Shown here: positions 45,435 through 57,768 of the stretch, piece after piece
How the letters are laid out: each line of letters begins with the position of its first letter
How positions within the stretch are numbered: the first letter of the stretch is position 1
NCBI GenBank assembly: GCA_963727505.1
Contig: CAVSGP010000009.1
Span: forward strand, 224,001-288,000
Reading direction: 5' to 3'
DNA length: 64,000 nt
From: an uncultured Trueperaceae bacterium
Lineage (GTDB): Bacteria > Deinococcota > Deinococci > Deinococcales > Trueperaceae
The notes under the pieces: model-generated
Told to the model about the DNA's origin: nothing
The model's database searches: none
What the model saw: only the letters and a program-made list of their open reading frames with translations
Program-made: the position numbers and the translations under genes

Positions 45435-46591
45435 GCCGCGTGCTCGAGCGCACCATCCTGCGGGCGGAGGTCGTCTACAACGGGCTCGGCACGCCCCGCG
45501 CCGATGGCGCCGTCGTGGTGCAGGACGACGGCAACCGGCGCCAGGTGATCGCGGTCGAGAGCGCTCGCCGCGCGCGCGAGGCCTACCCCGATGCGCTACT
45601 GGAGGACGCAGGCTTCGCCGTGTCCCCCCCTCCCGTCAACGCCCATACCCACCTCGACCTCAGCGGGATGCCCTACAGCGCAGGCAGCTACGAGGACTTC
45701 ATCCGAGCGGTCATCCGCCACCGACGGGACGCGCCCGGCGGCGTCGAAGCTGCCCGGCGGGGCCTGGGCGAGGTGCTGCAAGGCGGCGTGCGCGTCATCG
45801 GCGACATCGTCACCGACGAGGCGGTCATGCGCTATCTGCTGCAGCAGACCGACGTCGCCGGGGTGGCGTACTGGGAGGTGATCGGCCCGGACCCGGCGGA
45901 CGCCGATCGGATCTTCGAGCGCACGCGGGCGCGGCTCGCCGACTTCCGCGAGCTCGAGCGGCCCGGTGGGGTTCGCGTCGGGCTCAGCCCGCACACCCCC
46001 CACACCGTCAGCGCACCGTTGCTGCAGCGGCTGGCGGCGCTGGCGCGCGCCGAGGGACTGCCGATGCAGATCCACGTGGCCGAGACCGCCGACGAGGTCG
46101 ATCTCCACCGCGACGGCAGCGGCGCGCTGGCAGGGTTCCTGGCCTCGTTCGGCGTGACGTGGCAGGCCACAGGGCTCAGCCCGGTCGGGTACCTGGCGTC
46201 GTTGGGCGTGCTCGAGGCGCGACCGACCCTCGTCCACATGGTGCATGTGGGGGAGGAGGATGTGCGCACCGTGCAGCGCGCCGATTGTGCGGTGGTGCAC
46301 TGCCCCCGTTCCAACGAGGCGCTGGGGTGCGGGCGCTTCCCGTGGGAGCTGTATGCGCGCTTCGGCGTCGACGTTGCCTTCGGTACCGACTCGCGCGGCT
46401 CGAGCCCGTCGCTGGCGGTCACCGACGAGGTCGCCTTCGCCCGCGAGGTACACGGCGCCAAGGCGAACCCGCAGGCCCTGGTGCGCGCTGCAGTCAAGGG
46501 CGGCTACCGTGCGCTGGGGATGACCCCACCTCGTGTGCGGCGCGGCGCCTCCGCCGATGCCATGTTCGTGTGGCCCGTGTCGACTGCGTGA
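45431..46591 (+). CDS. Amidohydrolase, probable aminofutalosine deaminase
   Basis: NAHTHLD, SPHTPH, IHVAET, HCPRSN, GTDSRGS; overlaps the mqnC stop. Confidence 0.8.
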   Translation: MSRVLERTILRAEVVYNGLGTPRADGAVVVQDDGNRRQVIAVESARRAREAYPDALLEDAGFAVSPPPVNAHTHLDLSGMPYSAGSYEDFIRAVIRHRRDAPGGVEAARRGLGEVLQGGVRVIGDIVTDEAVMRYLLQQTDVAGVAYWEVIGPDPADADRIFERTRARLADFRELERPGGVRVGLSPHTPHTVSAPLLQRLAALARAEGLPMQIHVAETADEVDLHRDGSGALAGFLASFGVTWQATGLSPVGYLASLGVLEARPTLVHMVHVGEEDVRTVQRADCAVVHCPRSNEALGCGRFPWELYARFGVDVAFGTDSRGSSPSLAVTDEVAFAREVHGAKANPQALVRAAVKGGYRALGMTPPRVRRGASADAMFVWPVSTA

Positions 46592-46674
46592 CATCGCCGA
46601 GGAACGCAGCGAACGTAGATTGGTGGCGAATCACTTCGGCCGGCGGCCGGGGACGCCCCACTCCTGGAGGACTC

Positions 46675-47001
46675 ATGGCTGACACGCAGGTATTGACCGA
46701 CGACAACTTCCAGAACGAGACCAGCGATGGGCTCGTGCTCGTGGACTTCTGGGCGCCCTGGTGCGGCCCTTGCCGCATGGTGAGCCCCGTCATCGAGGAC
46801 CTCGCGGGCGACTACGATGGCAAGCTGAAAGTCGGCAAGGTCAACGTCGACGACAACCAGCAGGTCGCCATGCAGTTCCGGGTGATGAGCATCCCCACGG
46901 TGATCCTGTTCAAAGACGGCCAGCCGGTCGAGACGATGATCGGCGCGCAGCCGAAGAGCGCCTACCAGGCGCGGCTGCAGCCCTACCTTCGCGCCAACTG
47001 A
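46675..47001 (+). CDS. trxA: Thioredoxin
   Basis: DFWAPWCGPC, SIPT; GGAGG RBS. Confidence 0.96.
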   Translation: MADTQVLTDDNFQNETSDGLVLVDFWAPWCGPCRMVSPVIEDLAGDYDGKLKVGKVNVDDNQQVAMQFRVMSIPTVILFKDGQPVETMIGAQPKSAYQARLQPYLRAN

Positions 47002-47026
47002 GCACGACCCGAGCGCGGTCGTGAAG

Positions 47027-47058
47027 CACGGGTCGGCCCCCGCGGGGGCCGACCCGTG
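47027..47058. terminator. Perfect 32-bp palindrome between convergent genes
   Basis: CACGGGTCGGCCCCCG|CGGGGGCCGACCCGTG. Confidence 0.65.
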
Positions 47059-47067
47059 GTCGTGTGC

Positions 47068-48999
47068 CTAGTGGATGGGGAGCGACCAACGCCGCACCAG
47101 CATCCCGTCGCGCCAGAGACTCCAACCCCGGCTCGTGCCGAGGTGCGCTGCCACCGCGTCGAGCGCATCGGCGGGGAGCTCGGTGACGTCGAGGAGATGG
47201 CCCAGATCGGGCGGTGTGGGCCCCTGGCCTCCGGGAGTCCCGGCCCCGCCGGCCGCCTGTCGGGCTCCCGCCATGCCCGACTGGAGGGCGAAGGCCACAG
47301 GTTGCGACAGTGCGCGCAGGATCGACGCGGCGCCGCGGAGCCTGGCCGCATCATCGGCCGCCCACACCGCATGCGCGTCGGCGGGGGCCGTGGCGAGGGC
47401 CGTGGCCAGGGAACCGGCGTGCAGCGTCGGTCCGCCGCGGTAGGTGTCGATGACGCTGTGCAGCGCCGCCGACGGGGACGCCACCACCAGGCGGCTGCCG
47501 ACCAGCGCCACGCCCACGTCGGAGCCCGGGCCGGACTGGACGCGGGTGATGGCGACGTCGCGATAGCGTTCACGGCGGATGGCGATCATCGCCTGCGGGT
47601 CGAGACCGGCCGCCTTCAGGGCGCCGGCGCCTGTGCCCCCGCGCGGGAGCCGTGCCAGCAACTGCTCGAGTGCGGGTCCGAGCCGGGAGAGGCCTGCCTG
47701 GGCTCGATCGGCCGAGGCGACCGGCACGATGGTCACCCGTGCGGCTGCGCCGACGAGCGCCTGTGGCGTGCCCGCCGGGGCGGGCAGCTCGACGGTGGTG
47801 GCGACCGTGCCGAGCCAGGGGAAGAGATCGGCGCCGAGATCGAGCCCGGTCTGCTGCTTCAGAAGCGCCAGCGGATCGATCTCGCCGCCGCTGGCCGCCG
47901 TGACGTCGCGAGCCAGCCCGGCGAGGTAGGTCGTCCAGGCCTGCAAACGCATGGGGGAGGCGTCGACGGACCAGGCATCGGCCGGGACCAACAGACTGGG
48001 ACGGGCATGGCAACCGTCGCAGCGCAGCAACGCCGCCAGCGCGGGGTCGCCGCCGGCGGCGTCGACGCGGGTCCAGGACTCGACCAGAAGACCTTCGGGC
48101 TGCGCCGAGAGCCGCGCCGCGACCCACGGAACGGTGCGGAGCGCGTCCTGCAGCTTCGTGCGGGCGGCGCGCGCCGTCGCGTCCGAGGCGATCCCCGGCA
48201 GGGAGCCCAGCAGGTCGGCGATGCCGGCCATGTCGACGCTCACGCCTACGCCGGGGCCGTTCAGGGCGGGGACGGCGTCCGGGATGCGATCGGCCAGGCT
48301 GGGCTCGCTGGTGCCGTGGGCCAGTCGCACGGCGGCGCGTAGCAGGTCCACACTGGTTGCCGCTGCCACGACGTCGCCGATCCGGGCGACGGTGAGGATG
48401 GAGCCCTTGAGCGACAGCGGTTGGAGCGTTACGCCGTCCTGCCCCAGCGGGGCGCCCGAGCCGAAGCAGCGCGTCAGGGCCGCGATGGCGTCGTCGGCCG
48501 CGGCGTGGGCGTCCGGCGCCAGGCGCGCCAACAGGAGCGCCGACGGGGCCGGGGCGTAGGACGTGGCGGAGACGGCAAGGAGCGCTTCCCGCGTGGACGG
48601 CAGGGGGCTTCGCCCGAGATCGGGACAGGCGGAGTGCAGCGCGTCTCGTGCGTTCCCGTCTTGCAGCAGGCGGGCGGCCGTGCTCAGCGCCTGCGCGGCC
48701 CCGTCGTTGTGCACCGACGGCGCGTTGGCGGCCGACGCGAGCGTGCGTAGCACGTCCGTGAGCGTTGCCGCGGCGCCCGCCGTGTCGAGGTCGGCGAGGG
48801 CACTGGAGAGGGCCGGGTAGCTCGCCCCCGCCTTCGCGACGTGCACGGCCAGAAGCGTGGAGGCCGGGGCGAGGGCGGTGAGCGACGCGGCCGCGCCGGC
48901 GGCGGCTGCTCCCAACGCGACCGTCGCCGCGACGACGCGGAGGAGCGCAGGGAGGGAGGTGCCGGGGCGAAGCCGGCGCGGTCGTGAACGGTCGGACAT
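47068..48999 (-). CDS. Exported hypothetical protein (DUF3352-like)
   Basis: N-terminal signal peptide, LAPAST start of mature part, GLDLGADLFPWLG motif. Confidence 0.65.
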   Translation of the reverse strand: MSDRSRPRRLRPGTSLPALLRVVAATVALGAAAAGAAASLTALAPASTLLAVHVAKAGASYPALSSALADLDTAGAAATLTDVLRTLASAANAPSVHNDGAAQALSTAARLLQDGNARDALHSACPDLGRSPLPSTREALLAVSATSYAPAPSALLLARLAPDAHAAADDAIAALTRCFGSGAPLGQDGVTLQPLSLKGSILTVARIGDVVAAATSVDLLRAAVRLAHGTSEPSLADRIPDAVPALNGPGVGVSVDMAGIADLLGSLPGIASDATARAARTKLQDALRTVPWVAARLSAQPEGLLVESWTRVDAAGGDPALAALLRCDGCHARPSLLVPADAWSVDASPMRLQAWTTYLAGLARDVTAASGGEIDPLALLKQQTGLDLGADLFPWLGTVATTVELPAPAGTPQALVGAAARVTIVPVASADRAQAGLSRLGPALEQLLARLPRGGTGAGALKAAGLDPQAMIAIRRERYRDVAITRVQSGPGSDVGVALVGSRLVVASPSAALHSVIDTYRGGPTLHAGSLATALATAPADAHAVWAADDAARLRGAASILRALSQPVAFALQSGMAGARQAAGGAGTPGGQGPTPPDLGHLLDVTELPADALDAVAAHLGTSRGWSLWRDGMLVRRWSLPIH

Positions 49000-49027
49000 G
49001 GGCGTCCCCTTTCGGTTGCGCGGGGCG

Positions 49028-49393
49028 TCAGGGAAGGGCGACCCGACGGACGCCGTCGGGCGACACTTCCCAGGCCATCCCTGGGACCTGCGTGGAGCTG
49101 ATCCTCAGGCGGTAGGAGGCTCCGCCCTTGGGGTACGCCTCCAGCGTCCAGCGAGCACCTGCGGGGAGCTGGACGTCGACCAGCACGTTGGTGGTGTAGG
49201 CACCGGTCTCGAGATAGCCGATCGCCATGCGGTGGTAGACGATGCGGGCCGTGGTGTCGAGTTGCCGGGCGGCAGCGCCGTCGGGCAACGGCGCCTGCGT
49301 GGCGGGTGCACAGCTCACGAGCGCCAGGAGCAGAGCCACGACCGCGGCAGGCAGCCCGGCGCGGCGGGCGGGACGCGCGCGCTTCTCGTTCAC
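49028..49393 (-). CDS. Hypothetical lipoprotein
   Basis: Lipobox LVS-C; TACGAT box 6 nt before GTG. Confidence 0.7.
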   Translation of the reverse strand: MNEKRARPARRAGLPAAVVALLLALVSCAPATQAPLPDGAAARQLDTTARIVYHRMAIGYLETGAYTTNVLVDVQLPAGARWTLEAYPKGGASYRLRISSTQVPGMAWEVSPDGVRRVALP

Positions 49394-49499
49394 GCCTCCA
49401 TCGTACAGGCTGCCCTGACGCGGCAGGTGGTGCACGGCCGGCCGCTGCGGCCGCTTGACGGCTGCGGCCGGCGCCTGCTGCAGGCCCGGTTCGCGCCCC

Positions 49500-50189
49500 T
49501 CAGCCCCGCCGGACGGGCGCCAGGGCGAGGCGCACGATGTAGCGCTGCGCCCCCTGCTTCTGCTCGTAACGCAGCAGCAGCTCGTACATCTCGCGCTGCA
49601 GGGCCTTGGCGTCCTCGAAGTCGAGGGTGACGCTGTCACGCCAGGAGGACAGCACCGCTGGGGCGTCGGCGTCGAGGGTGGTCGCGTCTGCCTCGGGGGT
49701 GACCGCGGTCTGGACCTGCAGCCTGCCGCGGTCGTCGCGGTAGACGCGTGTTCCCCAGGTGCCGAGCGCCTCCATGCGGGCGCGCACGACGTTGCGCCGC
49801 AGCAGCCGCTCCCAGTAGGCGTCGCGCTCTGCCAGCGACGCTTCGAGCGACTCGGCGGCGGTCGCCTCGAACGGCACGAAGAAGAGGTCGGCGGTGGTCC
49901 GGTAGAGCTTCATGGGCCGGCCGCGGCGTGGCAGCGTGGCGGCCACCTCGAGCAGCTCGGCGGCACGGAAGCGCCGGACCCGCTTGAGCACCGTGTTGGG
50001 CAGCTCGCCGGACTCCTCGGCCGCCTGACCGATGGTGCGCGCCCTTCCCAGGAAGGGGGCGATCTGGCGGAGGGTGGTCGGGTTCATGAGCAACTCGGCG
50101 GCGTCCGGGTCGCGGACCACGCGGTAGCGGAGGTCGGTTCCGGGGGGGCCGGCGTCCGAAGAGCTGCTACGTGACTTGTGCTCTTTCAT
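49500..50189 (-). CDS. Winged-helix (ArsR-like) transcriptional regulator
   Basis: TIGQAAEESG..NTVLKRVRRF..LLEV..RRGRPMKLY. Confidence 0.75.
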   Translation of the reverse strand: MKEHKSRSSSSDAGPPGTDLRYRVVRDPDAAELLMNPTTLRQIAPFLGRARTIGQAAEESGELPNTVLKRVRRFRAAELLEVAATLPRRGRPMKLYRTTADLFFVPFEATAAESLEASLAERDAYWERLLRRNVVRARMEALGTWGTRVYRDDRGRLQVQTAVTPEADATTLDADAPAVLSSWRDSVTLDFEDAKALQREMYELLLRYEQKQGAQRYIVRLALAPVRRG

Positions 50190-50450
50190 GTCACGTAGTG
50201 TAGTTCGAGACTGGGGCGGATGAGGAGAGTGGGTGCGATACGCGCCCGCCCGGACGAGCGACCGGGGCCGACGTCGGGACCGCAACGCGACCCGGACATC
50301 GCCAGCGAGCCGCTAGACTGGGGTCCGAGGCGGCGGCGCGCGCACGCGCCCACCAGGGCACGCCCGTGCTGCCGGTCTGCCCAACGGCGCCTCGATGTCG
50401 CCGAGGCCCCCCGACGGATCCGACGCCCTCTTCCAAGCGAAGGAGTGAGC

Positions 50451-53186
<2,736 letters not shown>

Positions 53187-53276
53187 AGGCGCGGCGGCGA
53201 CGGCCGCCGCGCCCGGTAACGTCCGCGCCGGGTGGGATATCCCACCCGGCGCGGACGTGTCTCGTATACTCGGCCC

Positions 53277-53696
53277 ATGCGGGGCTTCCTAACGTTCCTG
53301 GTCCTCCTCGTCATCGTGTTCTTCGCCGTCGGGGAGACCCAGGGCTGGTATCTCGGCCTCCCCTCCCACACGCCCGTGTTCGTGTACAAGAGGACGGCGA
53401 CGGGACAGGCGACGCGCCGCACCTTCAATACCGACGCCATCCCGGTTCGCCTCACGGGCGCGGTAAGGCACGGGAACGTCGAGGTCAAGGTGATCTTCCA
53501 GACGCCCGAGAGCATCCAGTCCAGCACACCGGCCGGTCCGCAAGACACCATCTTCGACCGCACCTACCAGACGGGTGAGCGCATCGCCATCGACCAGGCC
53601 TTCAAGGCCGGCCAGGGCGACTACACGATCGTGTTGCAGTTCAACGACGCGACCGGTCTCTTCCGACTGCGCGTCCCCAACGAGAACCAGCTTTGA
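53277..53696 (+). CDS. Hypothetical membrane-anchored beta-rich protein
   Basis: N-terminal TM helix, coding-like codons, TATACT box 6 nt before ATG. Confidence 0.75.
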   Translation: MRGFLTFLVLLVIVFFAVGETQGWYLGLPSHTPVFVYKRTATGQATRRTFNTDAIPVRLTGAVRHGNVEVKVIFQTPESIQSSTPAGPQDTIFDRTYQTGERIAIDQAFKAGQGDYTIVLQFNDATGLFRLRVPNENQL

Positions 53697-53720
53697 CGGG
53701 GCGGGGCCACGGCGGCTCCG

Positions 53721-54575
53721 CTACCCCCGGTCCTTCCGCCGCGCCCGCTCCATCGCGTCCCAGGTCTCCTGCGGTACCGCGTCGAGCACGTTGAACTCGC
53801 CGGCGCCGTAGCTGTGCTCGCCGCCGTCGATGTAGATCACGTCGCCGGTGATGAAGCCTGCCTGGTCGGAGAGCAGGTAGCTCGCCAGGTTCGTCAGCTC
53901 CTCGTGACGCCCCACGCGACCGAGGGGGATGCGGCGCTCGAACAGGGCCTGGATCTCCTCGGTGGGCATCAGCCGGCTCCAAGCGCCCTCGGTGGGGAAG
54001 GGTCCCGGCGCGATGGCGTTCAGCCGGATCCCGTACTTGCCCCACTCCCCGGCCAGCGAGCGGGTGAGCGACACCACCCCTGCCTTGGCGACCGCCGACG
54101 GCACGACGTACCCGGAGCCCGTCTCTGCGTAGGTCGTGGCGATGCTCAGCACGGCACCGTGCTCTCCCCGGGCGATCCAGCGCTTGCCGAGCTCCAGCGT
54201 GCAGTAGACCGAGCCGTGGAGCACGATCCCGAGGACGGCATCGAACGCCCCGGGGCTGAGCCGCTCGGTGGGGGAGATGAAGTTCCCGGCGGCGTTGTTG
54301 ACGAGCGCATCGACCCGGCCGAAGCGCGCTTCGACGGCGTCGAAGAGACCGGGTACGCTCCCGGCGTCGCGCACGTCGAGCGCGTATGGCAGGACCTCGC
54401 CGCCGGTCTCCCCGGCGAGCGCTTCGGCCTCGCGCTCGAGCACCTCGAGGCGACGGCTCGCGATGGCGACGCGCGCTCCGAGCTGCAGGAAGCGCTGGCT
54501 CATGCTGCGGCCCAGACCGGTGCCGCCTCCGGTGACGACGATGACCTTGCCTTCGAGGAGTCCGTCCTGGAACAT
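53721..54575 (-). CDS. SDR oxidoreductase, 2,4-dienoyl-CoA reductase-like
   Basis: TGGGTGLG, NNAAGNF, IAPGPF, IDGG. Confidence 0.9.
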   Translation of the reverse strand: MFQDGLLEGKVIVVTGGGTGLGRSMSQRFLQLGARVAIASRRLEVLEREAEALAGETGGEVLPYALDVRDAGSVPGLFDAVEARFGRVDALVNNAAGNFISPTERLSPGAFDAVLGIVLHGSVYCTLELGKRWIARGEHGAVLSIATTYAETGSGYVVPSAVAKAGVVSLTRSLAGEWGKYGIRLNAIAPGPFPTEGAWSRLMPTEEIQALFERRIPLGRVGRHEELTNLASYLLSDQAGFITGDVIYIDGGEHSYGAGEFNVLDAVPQETWDAMERARRKDRG

Positions 54576-54681
54576 GGTGGCCTCATCTTGGCATGGTGAC
54601 GCCGCGGGCGTGGAACGGTGCCGTCGTGATGTGCGATTTCCAGGTGCTCGTGGGTGCCATGCGAAGCCATACTGGCCTCGC

Positions 54682-55797
54682 ATGCGCGCGCACTCTCTCG
54701 TCCCTTTCGTGCTCGCTCTGGGTGTCCTCCTGTCGCTTTCCAGCGCCTGGGCGGGCGCCACCGTGCGGGTCCTGCTGGCGACGACGTCGCAGGCCGTGGT
54801 GGTCGCCGACGGCGCCCACAGCGGCACCGTCGACGGGGCGCGCACCTTCCATGCCGGCGCCGGACTACGCTGGCCCGTGAGCGAGCAGGGTGGCGCCCTG
54901 ATCGTCGACGGCGCCCGCCTCGGACACACCCTGGTGCTGACGGGCGACGGGGCGCCGCTCACCTTCGGGGGCCACCGCTACCGCGGTTCGCTGCGCCTGA
55001 TCGCAACGGCGGCGGGCGTCGAGGTCGTGAACGTGCTCGACGTCGAGGCCTACCTGCGCGGCGTGGTCCCCGCCGAGATGTCGGCCAGCTGGCCGATGGC
55101 GGCTTTGGAGGCGCAGGCGGTCGCCGCGCGCAGCTACGCGCTCAGCTCCCTTCGCCCGGGGGCGAACTACGACCTGTGCGCTACGGTCGACTGCCAGGTC
55201 TACCGCGGCATGGACGCCGAGCACGCGCGCTCCGACCGGGCCGTGGCGGAGACCGAAGGGATCGTGGTCACCTACGCTGGCCAGGTCGCGCGGACCTACT
55301 ACCATGCCGATTCCGGGGGCGCCACGGCGTCGAGCAGCGAGGTGTGGGGTACTGCCGTGCCGTACCTCGTCGCGCGGGCCGACGCGGCGGCGCCGAGTGG
55401 CGTCGATCGCTGGAGCGTCCGCCTCGATGCTCCCACCGTTGCCGCGTCCCTGGCGCGCCTGGGCAAGCACGTGGGCAACGTGACCGGGTTGCGGGTGCTC
55501 CAGCGCAGCGGCTCGGGCCGCGTCGATCTGCTCGAGGTGCTGGGGAGTTCCGGGAGCGCGACGGTGACCGGCGTGCAGCTCGGCGAGCTGGCCCGCGGTT
55601 GGGGGCTGCGTTCGACGCGGTTCTCGGTGATCTCAGGGCTGAACGTACGGGGCGAAGGCTGGGGACACGGCGTCGGCATGAGCCAGTACGGCGCGCGGGC
55701 GCTGGCCGAACAGAGCTACGACTACACGCAGATCCTCGGCTACTACTACCCCAACACCCGACTCGTTCGGTGGGTCTACAGCACGGCAGGAGGCTGA
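54682..55797 (+). CDS. SpoIID/LytB domain lytic transglycosylase-like protein
   Basis: YRGSL, YLRGVVPAEM, AQAVAARSY, GWGHGVGMSQYGA. Confidence 0.92.
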   Translation: MRAHSLVPFVLALGVLLSLSSAWAGATVRVLLATTSQAVVVADGAHSGTVDGARTFHAGAGLRWPVSEQGGALIVDGARLGHTLVLTGDGAPLTFGGHRYRGSLRLIATAAGVEVVNVLDVEAYLRGVVPAEMSASWPMAALEAQAVAARSYALSSLRPGANYDLCATVDCQVYRGMDAEHARSDRAVAETEGIVVTYAGQVARTYYHADSGGATASSSEVWGTAVPYLVARADAAAPSGVDRWSVRLDAPTVAASLARLGKHVGNVTGLRVLQRSGSGRVDLLEVLGSSGSATVTGVQLGELARGWGLRSTRFSVISGLNVRGEGWGHGVGMSQYGARALAEQSYDYTQILGYYYPNTRLVRWVYSTAGG

Positions 55798-55826
55798 GCT
55801 CGCCCCGGGACGCGGACTGCCGCGCG

Positions 55827-56111
55827 TCAGCCGCGTGCCAGACGGACGGCGCTGATCATCTCCTCGATGTCGCCCCGCCCCTCGCTGAAGTCGGCCTGGC
55901 AGGAGTCGAGGAACCTCTCGAGGATCACATCGCCCGTTGCGTCCAAAGCCTTGCGGACGCCCGCGAGGAGGATCAGGACGTCGTGGCAGTCGCGGCCATC
56001 GTCGATCATCTTCTGCAGGCCTCGCACCTGCCCTTCGAGGCGCCTCAGCCGGTTGATGATCTTGCGCTTCTCGTCGTCACTGATGTTCAAGGCTCGCTCC
56101 AAACGGGCCAC
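55827..56111 (-). CDS. CsoR/RcnR-family repressor (Cys-x-Cys, CstR-like)
   Basis: NRLRRLEGQVRGLQKM...C..VL; FLDSC in place of HLxxC. Confidence 0.88.
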   Translation of the reverse strand: MARLERALNISDDEKRKIINRLRRLEGQVRGLQKMIDDGRDCHDVLILLAGVRKALDATGDVILERFLDSCQADFSEGRGDIEEMISAVRLARG

Positions 56112-56164
56112 GCGACCCCAGGGTTGCTGTGGGCGCATCGGTGCAGGCCGTGCCCCGAGCATGG

Positions 56165-56184
56165 TACCCACTGGGGGTATTATA
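56165..56184 (-). promoter_or_regulatory. CsoR-family operator overlapping a -10 box
   Basis: TACCCACTGGGGGTA (C-tract/G-tract pseudo-palindrome) adjoining TATAAT on the minus strand. Confidence 0.78.
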
Positions 56185-56310
56185 AGCGATTCGCGGTTCG
56201 CTCGCAGGGACGTGTGGCCCACAGCGGGGCGCGCGCCGCGCCCCGCGCGGTCACGGCGGGGCGGCGCCGACCTGCTACCCTGGAGCCGTGGCACAAGGAC
56301 GGGATCCGGG

Positions 56311-56619
56311 GTGAACTACGTGGCGCTGCTGGCCGTGCTGGCCGCCACGTCGTTCGTGCTTCCGCTTCTGGTCCAGGGCTGCGAGGTCCTCGGATTGCAG
56401 CGTAGCGCGAGCGTCGCAGTATCTCTGGTACTCGCTTCCGGATGGTTGGCGTTCTGGGTGACCCGCGCCGTCAGGCTGGCAACGCGCCCGCGTGCGCGCG
56501 AAGCGCGGCGTGCTTCGCGCTCCCGGAGGGGCTCGGCCGGAGCCTCCGCGGCCGGCGTTGCCGACGGCACCGCTCTTCGAATGGTGGAAGCCGAGGAGGA
56601 GAGCCGTGCGGGCATATAG
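56311..56619 (+). CDS. Hypothetical 2-TM membrane protein
   Basis: Two hydrophobic segments followed by a basic tail. Confidence 0.5.
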   Translation: MNYVALLAVLAATSFVLPLLVQGCEVLGLQRSASVAVSLVLASGWLAFWVTRAVRLATRPRAREARRASRSRRGSAGASAAGVADGTALRMVEAEEESRAGI

Positions 56620-56818
56620 GGGGCGCGTCCAGGGCGGGCAGGTGATGCTCGAGGAAGGCGTGCGGCTTCCCGAGGGCGCGACCGTCACGGTCACCATCGG
56701 CGAGGCGGAGTTCATTCGGGCGACGTTGCGTGCCGCGTTGCGACGCAACACCCGCCGCCGGAGCCGCGGCCGGATGCTCAGACCGGTCTATATGCAGGCC
56801 CACGGCCGCGCCCGGTGA
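56606..56818 (+). CDS. Small AF2212/DUF104-like (swapped-hairpin) protein
   Basis: AYRGRVQGGQV.LEEGVRLPEGATVTV; GAGGAGG RBS; GTGA overlap with rsmI. Confidence 0.65.
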   Translation: MRAYRGRVQGGQVMLEEGVRLPEGATVTVTIGEAEFIRATLRAALRRNTRRRSRGRMLRPVYMQAHGRAR

Positions 56819-57636
56819 GCCGGCTCAGCCTCGTTCCCACCCCGATCGGCAACCTCGAGGACATCACCCGGCGCGCGCTCGACGTGCTGCGGCAGGCCGA
56901 CGTGGTGGCTGCCGAGGACACCCGGCGCAGCCGCGTGCTGCTGGATCACTACGCCATCGCGACGCCGCTCGAGCGGCTGGACGCCCACACCATGGAGGCC
57001 CGGGCGGCGGCGCTTCTCGAGCGTCATGAGCACGTCGCCTACGTGACCGATGCGGGCACCCCCGGGGTCAGCGATCCCGGTGCCGAGCTCCTGCGGCGCG
57101 CCGTGGCGATGGGGATCGCCGTGGAGGCGCTTCCGGGACCCACGGCCTTCGTGCCTGCGCTGGTGCTCTCGTGCCTGCCGGTCGCGCGGTTCACGTTCGA
57201 GGGGTTCTTGCCCCGCAAGGGCGCCGAGCGGCGCCGCCGGCTCGAGGCCGTCGCCGCCTCCACCGCCACGACCGTGCTGTACGAGGCGCCCCAGCGCGTG
57301 GCGGGCACGCTGCGCGACCTCGCTTCCGCCTGTGGGGAGGAGCGGGCGGCCAGTGTCAGCCGGGAGCTCACCAAGCGCTTCGAGACCACCGTGCGCGGCA
57401 CCCTCGCCGCGCTGGCGCAGCGTTACGGCACGGAGCGGGCGCGCGGGGAGATCGTGGTGGTGGTGGGGCCGGCGGAGCCCGCCGATGCCGCCGACGAGCA
57501 CCGGAGAGTGGTCGAGGCGCTCGTCGGCGCCGGTGTGCGGGGCTCCACCCTGCGCACGGCCCTCGAGGCGCTGGGCGTGCCCCGCAACGACGCCTACGCG
57601 GCCGCGCTGCGGTTCCCCGATGGCGCCGCCGACTGA
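56815..57636 (+). CDS. rsmI: 16S rRNA (cytidine-1402-2'-O)-methyltransferase
   Basis: PTPIGNLEDIT, AEDTR, DAGTPGVSDPG, RELTKRFE. Confidence 0.95.
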   Translation: MSRLSLVPTPIGNLEDITRRALDVLRQADVVAAEDTRRSRVLLDHYAIATPLERLDAHTMEARAAALLERHEHVAYVTDAGTPGVSDPGAELLRRAVAMGIAVEALPGPTAFVPALVLSCLPVARFTFEGFLPRKGAERRRRLEAVAASTATTVLYEAPQRVAGTLRDLASACGEERAASVSRELTKRFETTVRGTLAALAQRYGTERARGEIVVVVGPAEPADAADEHRRVVEALVGAGVRGSTLRTALEALGVPRNDAYAAALRFPDGAAD

Positions 57637-57768
57637 ACGCCCGCGAACGATCACGCGTTCGAGGCCTGCCGCGGGGCGGCGGCGCCCGATGTCGGCGGAG
57701 GACCCGGTGACGGCGGGCGACGGGGTAGGATTCATGGGTTGCGCCGACAGGCGCACGGGAGAGAAACC

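Noticed and set aside
44156..47001. Apparent 811-aa and 544-aa fusion ORFs ending in the amidohydrolase and thioredoxin
   Set aside because: Upstream parts are alternative frames of mqnC and the amidohydrolase; proper starts exist at 45431 and 46675; no frameshift signal seen
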